Below are positions 1-7,323 of a stretch of DNA of 64,000 bases, in pieces; the first letter of the stretch is position 1, and every line of letters starts with the position of its first letter. The position numbers were made by a program, and so were the translations under genes. Where the stretch lies: positions 10,960 to 74,959 of the forward strand of contig CAMCPM010000004.1 in the NCBI GenBank assembly GCA_945876755.1, written 5' to 3'. The notes under the pieces are model-generated. The model did no database searches and had not been told where the DNA came from. It was given only the letters and a program-made list of their open reading frames with translations. Source of the stretch: an uncultured Clostridia bacterium (GTDB lineage Bacteria; Bacillota; Clostridia; Oscillospirales; Ruminococcaceae).

Positions 1-414
1 GGAGCAAGGGCTATTGTAGCGCAAAAGTCCGCATATCTGGTAAACACCATAGGCGTAAATATGGAGATATTCTTCCAGAAGAAGATCGGCGCAGGTATTT
101 TCGGCGGCGAGGGATTTATCATGCAGAAGTTTTCGGGCAACGGAATGGTTTTCCTTGAGATAAACGGAAGTATTGTTGAATATGATCTTGCTCCCGGTCA
201 GTCAATGCTTATCGACACAGGCTATCTTGCTGCAATGGAGGAAACTTGCTCAATGGATATTGAAACCGTTAAGGGTATAGGAAATGTTTTTCTCGGCGGA
301 GAAGGACTTTTCAACACAAAGGTAACGGGTCCGGGCAAGATATGGCTACAGACAATGCCTGCAAACATTCTTGCAAGTGCGGTTCAGCCATATATTGTGA
401 CAGGTTCCAATTAA
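1..414 (+). CDS. AIM24/TIGR00266 (DUF124) family protein, 5' end cut by window edge
   Basis: Frame 1 is open from base 1 into the listed ORF 61..414. GGEGFIMQKFSG...GPGKIWLQTMP resembles the AIM24/DUF124 family. A hairpin terminator follows. Confidence 0.6.
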   Translation, partial: GARAIVAQKSAYLVNTIGVNMEIFFQKKIGAGIFGGEGFIMQKFSGNGMVFLEINGSIVEYDLAPGQSMLIDTGYLAAMEETCSMDIETVKGIGNVFLGGEGLFNTKVTGPGKIWLQTMPANILASAVQPYIVTGSN

Positions 415-434
415 TACGGATTACATATAACGTT

Positions 435-472
435 AAAACGGATTCTGTATACCTATGCAGAAGCCGTTTTTT
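435..472 (+). terminator. Intrinsic terminator after the AIM24-like gene
   Basis: Imperfect stem CGGATTCTGTATA / TATGCAGAAGCCG (2 mismatches/wobbles), followed by TTTTTTG. Confidence 0.6.
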
Positions 473-571
473 GTTGAATAAATATAAGGAGCAGCGTTTC
501 TCCTTTCGTCCTGTATAATCTGACAAAAAAGCTGACTGCGTATCTGTACTAAAATATTATTCGGTATTGCC

Positions 572-600
572 TTGATTTTTTTGCTTAAAAATGATAAAAT
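572..600 (+). promoter_or_regulatory. Sigma-A type promoter for fabV-like gene
   Basis: TTGATT (572-577), 17-bp spacer, extended -10 TGaTAAAAT (592-600). Confidence 0.5.
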
Positions 601-630
601 AATAATGTATATTTTAATAATGTATATTTT
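601..630 (+). repeat. Exact tandem duplication of a 15-mer (AATAATGTATATTTT x2) in the fabV 5' leader
   Basis: 601-615 and 616-630 are identical. The repeat sits between the predicted -10 and the RBS GAAAGGAAC. Confidence 0.9.
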
Positions 631-651
631 TGTGACGAAAGGAACTTTATT

Positions 652-1830
652 ATGATAGTAAAACCTAAAATCAGAGGCTTTATCTGCACTACCGCCCATC
701 CGGACGGCTGCCGCAAAATCGTTAAGGAACAAGTTGACTACGTTAAAAAATCAGGAAAGGTAAACGGACCTAAAAAGGTGCTTGTGATCGGCGCTTCTAT
801 GGGTTATGGTCTTGCTTCAAGGATCTCTGCCGCTTACGGCTGCGGAGCCGCAACTATCGGCGTTATTTTCGACAAGCAGGGCAGCGAAACAAAGCCCGGC
901 TCGGCAGGATGGTACAACACCGCCGCTTTCGAGCAGTATGCTCATGCTGACGGCCTTTATGCAAAAACCGTCAACGGCGACGCTTTTTCCTCTCAGGTCA
1001 AGGATGAGGTAATCGCTCTCATCAAAAAGGATTTTGGAAAGGTGGATATGGTCGTTTACAGTCTTGCCGCACCCAGAAGGACTACCTCAGACGGCACGGT
1101 GTACAGCTCTGTACTTAAAACCACAGGCGGAGATTTTACAAACAAGACTATTGACGTAAAAACAGGCGCAGTTTCAGAGGTAACGATAACTCCCGCAACC
1201 GAGCAGGAAATTTTCGCTACTGTAAAGGTAATGGGCGGCGAGGACTGGAAGGAATGGATAGGCGCTCTCAAGGCGGCGGACGCTATTGAAGACGGCGCTG
1301 TTACCGTTGCTTATTCATATATCGGACCCGAGCTTACTCACCCCATTTACAAGGACGGCTCTATCGGACGTGCAAAAGCTCACCTTGCGGCTACTGCAAA
1401 GGAAATTACAAAGTCAATAAGCGGCGTTACTGCTTACGTTTCGGTAAACAAGGCTCTTGTTACACAGTCAAGTTCTGCTATTCCGATTGTTCCGCTGTAT
1501 ATTTCAATTCTGTACAAGGTAATGAAGGAAATGAATCTCCACGAGGGCTGTATTGAGCAGATGTACCGTCTTTTTGCCGAGAAGCTTTACAAGGATGGAG
1601 TCAAGACCGACAGTGAGGGACTTATCCGCCTTGACGACTGGGAGATGCGTGATGACGTTCAGGCTAAGGTTACCGAGGCGTGGAACAAGATCAACGAAAG
1701 CAATCTTGGCGAGCTTGCCGATATTGATGGTTATAATAAGGATTTCATTCAGATTTTCGGTTTTGAAGCAGACGACGTGGATTACGATGCTGAAACCGAT
1801 ACCGCTGTTGGAATAGAAAGTCTTGAATAA
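652..1830 (+). CDS. fabV: trans-2-enoyl-CoA / enoyl-ACP reductase (FabV/Ter family)
   Basis: 392 aa. N-terminus MIVKPKIRGFICTTAHPDGC and length are characteristic of FabV/Ter NADH-dependent enoyl reductases. Confidence 0.85.
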   Translation: MIVKPKIRGFICTTAHPDGCRKIVKEQVDYVKKSGKVNGPKKVLVIGASMGYGLASRISAAYGCGAATIGVIFDKQGSETKPGSAGWYNTAAFEQYAHADGLYAKTVNGDAFSSQVKDEVIALIKKDFGKVDMVVYSLAAPRRTTSDGTVYSSVLKTTGGDFTNKTIDVKTGAVSEVTITPATEQEIFATVKVMGGEDWKEWIGALKAADAIEDGAVTVAYSYIGPELTHPIYKDGSIGRAKAHLAATAKEITKSISGVTAYVSVNKALVTQSSSAIPIVPLYISILYKVMKEMNLHEGCIEQMYRLFAEKLYKDGVKTDSEGLIRLDDWEMRDDVQAKVTEAWNKINESNLGELADIDGYNKDFIQIFGFEADDVDYDAETDTAVGIESLE

Positions 1831-1847
1831 AAAGGATATACTTACTT

Positions 1848-3212
1848 ATGGATAAAATTTTAGAACAGCTTTTTTCATATATTGACTCTCATACCGAAAA
1901 AATGATTGCCGATTTGGGCAGACTTATCCGCATTCCGTCTGTTATGGGCGAGGCAGAAGAGGGGGCGCCTTTCGGAAAATACCCTGCTGAGGCTCTTGCG
2001 GAAATGCTTAAAATTTGTGAAGAGTCGGGGCTTTCTGTGCGGAATATCGACGGTTATGTCGGTACTGCGGATTTTTACCCCACGGAAAAAATTCCGGAGC
2101 TGGGTATTCTCAGCCACATGGACGTTGTACCCGCAGGAAGCGGCTGGAGCGTTCCGACTTTTGAACTTACCGAAAAGGACGGAAAGCTGCTGGGCAGGGG
2201 TGCAATTGACGACAAGGGTCCTGCCGTTGCTGCACTTTATGCCGTAAAAGCTATAAAGGACAGCGGCGTCAAGCTTTCAAAAAATCTGCGGCTTATTTTC
2301 GGTACGAATGAAGAAAACGGCTCTGCGGATCTGGCTTACTACCGAAAAAAAGAACGGCTGCCGGAAATGCTGTTTACTCCCGACGGCTCATATCCCGTTA
2401 TCAATACCGAAAAGGGTATGCTGAGAATTTCTTACAGTGCGAAGCTTTCGGACGGTATTGTAAGCATCTGCGGCGGCTCGGTGGTAAATGCCGTTCCCGA
2501 ATATGCCGAAGCAGTGATTTCGGGCGCAAAAGTCGATTTGAATAAATATAATTTTGACGGTGTAACGCTTTCTTCCGAAACCTGCGGCGAAAATATTAAA
2601 ATTACCGCAAAAGGTAAAAGCGCTCACGCTTCAACTCCTGAATCCGGACAGAATGCTGTGACTGCACTGATTGCGGTCATTGCGGATGTATGCGGTGACT
2701 CTGCATTATCCGCATTGTCGGAAATGTTCCCATATGGGGAAACGGATGGTTATTCCGCAGGGATAAAATGCTCGGATGAGCTTTCGGGCGGACTGACCAC
2801 AGTTCTGAGCGTCATCGGCGCTGTGGACGGAGTGCTTGAAGCAAAGCAGGACATACGCTTTCCTGCCGGAAAAACAAGCGGAGAAATTCTTGCATTGCTT
2901 AAAGAAAGGTCTGACCGTGCAGGACTTGAAATGCGTGCGGATATGATTTCAGAACCGCATCACGTTCCCGAAGACAGCGAATTTGTCCGCAAGCTTCTTT
3001 CGGTATATGAGCTTGTGACGGGGGAAAATGGTTACTGTGTTGCCATAGGCGGCGGAACTTACGTCCACGATACCGAAGGCGGCGTTGCTTTCGGTGCAGA
3101 ATTCCCGGGCGATGAAAACAATATGCACGGGGCGGACGAGTTTATTACCCGTGAAAGTCTTGTCAAGAATGCGAAAATATTCGCTGCGGCGATATATACC
3201 TTATGCAAATAA
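1848..3212 (+). CDS. pepV: M20-family dipeptidase (PepV/Sapep type)
   Basis: 454 aa. Metal-binding motifs HMDVVPAG and GRGAIDDKGP; C-terminal GGGTY...MHGADE are typical of PepV. Confidence 0.8.
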   Translation: MDKILEQLFSYIDSHTEKMIADLGRLIRIPSVMGEAEEGAPFGKYPAEALAEMLKICEESGLSVRNIDGYVGTADFYPTEKIPELGILSHMDVVPAGSGWSVPTFELTEKDGKLLGRGAIDDKGPAVAALYAVKAIKDSGVKLSKNLRLIFGTNEENGSADLAYYRKKERLPEMLFTPDGSYPVINTEKGMLRISYSAKLSDGIVSICGGSVVNAVPEYAEAVISGAKVDLNKYNFDGVTLSSETCGENIKITAKGKSAHASTPESGQNAVTALIAVIADVCGDSALSALSEMFPYGETDGYSAGIKCSDELSGGLTTVLSVIGAVDGVLEAKQDIRFPAGKTSGEILALLKERSDRAGLEMRADMISEPHHVPEDSEFVRKLLSVYELVTGENGYCVAIGGGTYVHDTEGGVAFGAEFPGDENNMHGADEFITRESLVKNAKIFAAAIYTLCK

Positions 3213-3229
3213 AGGAAAGAGGTAACCAA

Positions 3230-4166
3230 ATGGATATAAATTATCATCTTCCGAGATTTACGGAGCATTACAGTCTTAATTTGCTTATTATTGATTATAT
3301 TAAGCAGCATCCCGAATATTTCAGAGACGGTGTAAGGATAGCTTCCGTTTTTGGCGGCTTCGGAGGTTCGATCTGGAACGGAGGAAGAAATGTTCCGGGT
3401 GAATTTGAACCGGAAAGAACGAAGAAAATTTTGAAGGCTTTCAACGACAGGGGAATACCCCCTCAGATTTACGTTTACAAATCCGCTTGTAACTGAGCAG
3501 CATCTTAACGACTATGCCTGCAATGAGATAATGAAAATGGGTGATAACGGTCTTAACGAGGTTATTGTAATGTCTCCGGTATTGGAGCAGTATATCCGTG
3601 AAAATTATCCCGGATATAAGATAACTTCTTCTACCTGCAAGCAGATACGGGATATGGATGCCCTTAACGACGAGCTTGACAAGAATTACAGCCTTGTGGT
3701 TCTTGACTACAACTGGAACAACAAGTTTGACGACCTTGCTCGTATTAAGGACAAGGCGCGCTGCGAGATACTTGTAAATGCCTGCTGCCGTCCTGCCTGC
3801 ACAAGGCGCGGTGACCATTACCGAACCATTGGTAAATACCAGATCGAGCTTTGCAGTATAGCTAAAAGTAACCTTGGCATAAGCAGTGCAAACATTGTAA
3901 AAGAGCCTTTCCCCTGCGAATGTATGGCTTACGATATTTATAAAATAAAGGATTTTCCCACTCACATTTCACCGGACGACATTGAATCAAAATATATTCC
4001 CATGGGCTTTAGCCAGTTTAAGCTTGAGGGCAGGACCATCGGTGACATTAATATGCTTGAAATGTATGTATATTATCTGCTGAAGCCGGAATATATGAAT
4101 GCTGCGAGACTTGAGCTTCTTAACATTCTTACAAGCAGGATAAAACATTTTAATATTCTTCCTTAA
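3230..4166 (+). pseudogene. Conserved hypothetical gene (possibly U32-peptidase-like) split by a +1 frameshift in a C5 run
   Basis: ORFs 3203..3496 and 3531..4166 are one gene. Removing one C from CCCCC (3458-3462) reads ...KAFNDRGIPLRFTFTNPLVTEQHLNDYACNEIMKMGDNG... continuously. The likely start is ATG 3230, after AGGAAAGAGG. Confidence 0.7.
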
Positions 4167-4184
4167 GGACTGTAAGCGAAATAA

Positions 4185-4232
4185 AATACCCTTAAAATCC
4201 GTATATCCGGGATTTTAAGGGTATTTCTTTTT
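4185..4232. terminator. Bidirectional intrinsic terminator between convergent genes
   Basis: Perfect 16-bp stem AATACCCTTAAAATCC (4185-4200) / GGATTTTAAGGGTATT (4210-4225), with T-rich tracts on both strands. Confidence 0.85.
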
Positions 4233-4241
4233 GCATTTTTG

Positions 4242-4799
4242 TTATTCCTGCGGAGCTTTTCTCAGTCTTGCACCAATTCTTCTGAACGGGACGCAGACTT
4301 TTTTAAGTCTTGGTATTACTGTTTCAAGCAAACCGCAGTATTTGTCCACAAGTACGATAACAAGGGTTTCGCGGTACTTGGGAAGTGCGGTTATATTCAG
4401 CGGAAACATATGCTTTTCAATAATATCGCTTTCAAGGTCGGAAATGTAGAAGTTTTCTTTTACATTCATAAGAGCTGTATGGGCATGGGTAAAGCCGTGA
4501 AGCCTTTCGCCCTTTGCAGGCTTGTGTGTATGCCAGTCGTAAAGGAACAGATCGTGAAGCAGTCCCGCTCTTGCGGCAGCACGCTCGTTAAGAGAAAAAA
4601 ATCTGCAGATTCTATAATTATAGTATGAAACGTTAAGACAATGCTGAAAACAGGTAGTCTCGCCGTGATGCTTAAATTCTTTCATTTTAAGAACCAGTTC
4701 GTTTTCGAGCAGGTCGCCTACAAGGTGGTAGTAGGTGGTAAGCTCCTTGTCGTTAAGGTCGACCTTTGAACCGATGGCTTTTAGCATTTTTATGACCAT
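4242..4799 (-). CDS. HD-domain phosphohydrolase
   Basis: 185 aa. H...HD signature (GLLHDLFLYDW, HGFTHAH) is typical of small HD-superfamily hydrolases. Confidence 0.7.
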   Translation of the reverse strand: MVIKMLKAIGSKVDLNDKELTTYYHLVGDLLENELVLKMKEFKHHGETTCFQHCLNVSYYNYRICRFFSLNERAAARAGLLHDLFLYDWHTHKPAKGERLHGFTHAHTALMNVKENFYISDLESDIIEKHMFPLNITALPKYRETLVIVLVDKYCGLLETVIPRLKKVCVPFRRIGARLRKAPQE

Positions 4800-5061
4800 C
4801 TCCCTTTTGGTTTATACAAAAAATATTATACAATAATGCCAAAAAAATTGCAATAATGTTTAAGAACATTTATATATAATTTTGCACTGTATTTTTTATA
4901 TATTTTAAACAATATCGGAATAGAGGTGCAATTCTGCAAAATAATATTACTATAAGTTTAAAATAATAAAATTATTCTTAAAGTATTTACAGTGTTGTCA
5001 AATTGCATAAAATAACTTAAAAATTTTCTTTGTTTATTTTCAGTTCAAATTTCACTAACGG

Positions 5062-5090
5062 TTGCAATTTGGCGGCAGTTGGTGTATAAT
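5062..5090 (+). promoter_or_regulatory. Pmra-like sigma-A promoter of the dcw cluster
   Basis: TTGCAA (5062-5067), exact 17-bp spacer, consensus TATAAT (5085-5090). Lies about 225 nt upstream of mraZ. Confidence 0.65.
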
Positions 5091-5096
5091 AACATT

Positions 5097-5136
5097 AAAG
5101 TGGTGAAAAGTCACTGGTTTGAGGTGAAAAGTGGTG
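5097..5136 (+). promoter_or_regulatory. Candidate MraZ operator (direct repeats with about 10-bp phasing)
   Basis: AAAGTGGTG at 5097-5105 and again at 5128-5136, with AAAGTCAC at 5107-5114. The GTGGT/GTCAC/GAGGT/GTGGT cores start at 5100, 5110, 5121 and 5131, immediately downstream of the -10. This matches the known style of MraZ operators (short GTGG-type direct repeats near Pmra). Confidence 0.45.
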
Positions 5137-5161
5137 ATTTTCCACACCGTTTTCCACACTG

Positions 5162-5273
5162 TGTTGAAAACTTGATCTGTTTTCACTGTGGAAAATGTGT
5201 ATTTCATGTCGAAATTAAAGAAAAATTACGCTTTTTACCCGTTTTTAATGTTTTGAAATGTTGAAAACTTGAT
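5162..5273 (+). repeat. Exact 15-bp direct repeat TGTTGAAAACTTGAT (5162-5176 and 5259-5273) in the mraZ leader
   Basis: Identical 15-mers 97 bp apart. They belong to a dense TGT(G/T)GAAAA / TTTTCCACA word cluster (see findings). Confidence 0.9.
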
Positions 5274-5313
5274 TTTTAGTGTTAAAAAGACTGTTGAAAG
5301 GAAGTGATAAAGC

Positions 5314-5742
5314 ATGGCCGGCTGCTCGTTGATGGGTACTTATGAACATACTATGGACGCTAAGGGAAGAATGGCTTTCCCCACAAAGCTCCGTGAACGG
5401 CTCGGACTGAGCTTTATCGTTACCATCGGTCTTGACGGCTGCTTGTATGTATATTCTGCTGAGGATTGGGACATATTTACAGAAAAGCTTCAAACCCTGA
5501 CAGGCGCAAAAGCCAAGGCGGCAAAGCTTCTTATTGTAAATGCCTGCACAGTTGAACCTGACAAGCAGGGACGTATTCTCATTCCGCAGAATCTGAGGGA
5601 GTACGCTCACCTTGACCACGACGTTACGGTTCTCGGAGTTATCAACCGTGCCGAGATCTGGGACAGCGCACGCTTCAAGGAATTCAGCAGCGAGATCACA
5701 AACGAAATGCTTTCAGACGCTCTTGCGGATCTGGCATTCTGA
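5314..5742 (+). CDS. mraZ: Transcriptional regulator MraZ
   Basis: 142 aa. Two SpoVT/AbrB-like repeats carry the DxKGR signature (MDAKGRMAFP, DKQGRILIP). First gene of the dcw cluster. Confidence 0.95.
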   Translation: MAGCSLMGTYEHTMDAKGRMAFPTKLRERLGLSFIVTIGLDGCLYVYSAEDWDIFTEKLQTLTGAKAKAAKLLIVNACTVEPDKQGRILIPQNLREYAHLDHDVTVLGVINRAEIWDSARFKEFSSEITNEMLSDALADLAF

Positions 5743-5760
5743 TTATAATAAAGGATCATT

Positions 5761-6690
5761 ATGGAAAATATCAGCTTTTCTCATGTTCCCGTACTTCTTG
5801 CGGAAACTTTAGAGGGACTTGACATAAAGCCCGACGGCATTTATATTGACGGTACTTGCGGCGGCGCAGGGCATTCCCGTGAGATAGCCAAAAGGCTTGA
5901 CGGCGGCAGACTTATCGGCATCGACCGTGACCCCGACGCTGTCAAAGCGGCTTCGGAACGTCTTGCTCTGTATAATGCAAAGGTTTTGCACGGAAATTAT
6001 TCCGATATTGCTTCGCTTGCCCGTTCAGAGGGTATTGAGGCTGCTGACGGCATACTCCTTGATTTGGGGGTGTCCTCACATCAGCTTGATACTGTTGAAA
6101 GAGGTTTTTCCTACCACGGCGACGCTCCACTTGATATGCGTATGTCGCAGGAGGGTCAGACTGCTGCGGACCTGGTGAATACCCTTTCCGCTGAGGAACT
6201 AAGCAGGATAATGTTTGAGTACGGCGAGGAAAAATTCAGCAGACGAATTGCAGATGAGATAATAAAACGGCGTGAAATAAAGCCGATAACCACAACAGGC
6301 GAGCTTGCGGAAATCGTAAGCGCTGCTGTTCCCGCAAAGTTCAAAAGGGATAAAAACCCTTGCAAGAAAACCTTCCAGGCATTCAGAATTGCCGTGAACT
6401 GCGAGTTCGACCATCTTAACAAGGGTCTGGACGACGCATTCGACCTGCTGAAAAGCGGCGGCAGACTTTGCGTGATAACCTTTCACTCACTGGAGGACAG
6501 GATAGTAAAGCAGCGTTTTGCTTCTTTCTGCAAAGGGTGCATTTGTCCGCCGGATTTTCCTCAGTGCGTTTGCGGACGTACTCCGAGAGGAAAGCTTGTG
6601 AACCGCAAGCCCATTGAGGCTTCTGCGGAAGAACTTGAAGCGAATAACAGAAGCCGAAGCGCAAAGCTTCGTATCATAGAAAAGATATAA
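5761..6690 (+). CDS. rsmH: 16S rRNA (cytosine1402-N4)-methyltransferase RsmH
   Basis: 309 aa. HVPVLL...DGTCGGAGHS SAM motif and position after mraZ. Confidence 0.95.
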   Translation: MENISFSHVPVLLAETLEGLDIKPDGIYIDGTCGGAGHSREIAKRLDGGRLIGIDRDPDAVKAASERLALYNAKVLHGNYSDIASLARSEGIEAADGILLDLGVSSHQLDTVERGFSYHGDAPLDMRMSQEGQTAADLVNTLSAEELSRIMFEYGEEKFSRRIADEIIKRREIKPITTTGELAEIVSAAVPAKFKRDKNPCKKTFQAFRIAVNCEFDHLNKGLDDAFDLLKSGGRLCVITFHSLEDRIVKQRFASFCKGCICPPDFPQCVCGRTPRGKLVNRKPIEASAEELEANNRSRSAKLRIIEKI

Positions 6691-6732
6691 AGATAAAGGA
6701 AATATAAAAAGAAAGGAACGCGAACGGAAGCA

Positions 6733-7194
6733 ATGAATAAAAATAACCTTGCATACGACCTCACCAAATATGAGGACGTAGCTCCCGAAAAAGCGCCTAA
6801 GATCCGTGTGCGCAGGCAGAAAGCCGAAAACGCAGGCTCTGCGCCCAAGCTTATCGTGACTACCGTTGCTGCGGGACTTCTTCTTGGCGCGGTGATATAC
6901 GGAAAGGTAGAGAACGCCGCAGTACACACAGAGATAACAAACGAGACGAAATACGTTGAAATGCTTGCCGGTGAGAACGCCAGAATGCGTTCCGAGATGG
7001 AAGAAAAAACGGCGCTGAAATACGTTGAAAGCTATGCGGAGGAAGTTCTGGGAATGCAGAAGCTGGATAAATCCCAGATAGAATATGTAAGCGTTTCAAA
7101 CGGCAGCGTTGTTGATATCCCCAAAACGGAAGAAAATATTTTCGTAAAAATAAAGAACGCTTTCAGCGATTTTGTGGAATATATCAGAGGTTGA
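6733..7194 (+). CDS. ftsL: FtsL-like cell division protein (single TM plus coiled coil)
   Basis: 153 aa. One TM (LIVTTVAAGLLLGAVIY) followed by a heptad-like region. Conserved position between rsmH and the division PBP. Confidence 0.55.
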   Translation: MNKNNLAYDLTKYEDVAPEKAPKIRVRRQKAENAGSAPKLIVTTVAAGLLLGAVIYGKVENAAVHTEITNETKYVEMLAGENARMRSEMEEKTALKYVESYAEEVLGMQKLDKSQIEYVSVSNGSVVDIPKTEENIFVKIKNAFSDFVEYIRG

Positions 7195-7323
7195 CGAAAT
7201 AGTATATTTTAGGGTTGCATATACGGAGTTATTCTCCCCTTGCAGCCCGAATTTTGCTTAAAAGATTATTTTCATGGGTAACTTGCAAACAGGAAGAAAA
7301 TCATACCGAAAGGAGATACAGCC

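Noticed and set aside
537-556. A FapR-like operator (GTATCTGTACTAA resembles one half of TTAGTACCAGATACTAA) upstream of fabV.
   Set aside because: Only the right half-site (TACTAA) is present and the left half is not. FapR is a Bacillales regulator, and a single half-site match in AT-rich DNA is not evidence.
3458-3462. Programmed ribosomal frameshifting at the C5 run.
   Set aside because: There is no slippery heptamer of the known types and no downstream stimulatory structure or internal SD that I could see. The required shift direction and context fit a simple 1-nt indel better. It is reported instead as a frameshift/pseudogene finding.
5079-5264. A 61-aa ORF in the mraZ leader, and the similar 61-aa ORF at 47320..47505.
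   Set aside because: Neither has a Shine-Dalgarno. The first begins inside the -10 region of the promoter. Both simply translate the repeated GTGGAAAA/GTTGAAAA words, so I treat them as regulatory DNA rather than small proteins.
4800-5313. A possible replication origin: an AT-rich 250-bp tract next to three TTTTCCACA DnaA-box-like words and divergent transcription.
   Set aside because: There is no dnaA, dnaN or rpmH nearby. Genes further left (1-4166) are on the same strand as the dcw cluster, so there is no strand-bias switch. The boxes lie inside a transcribed leader downstream of a strong promoter. A cumulative GC-skew plot of the whole genome would settle it. I kept DnaA binding only as one hypothesis in the motif finding.
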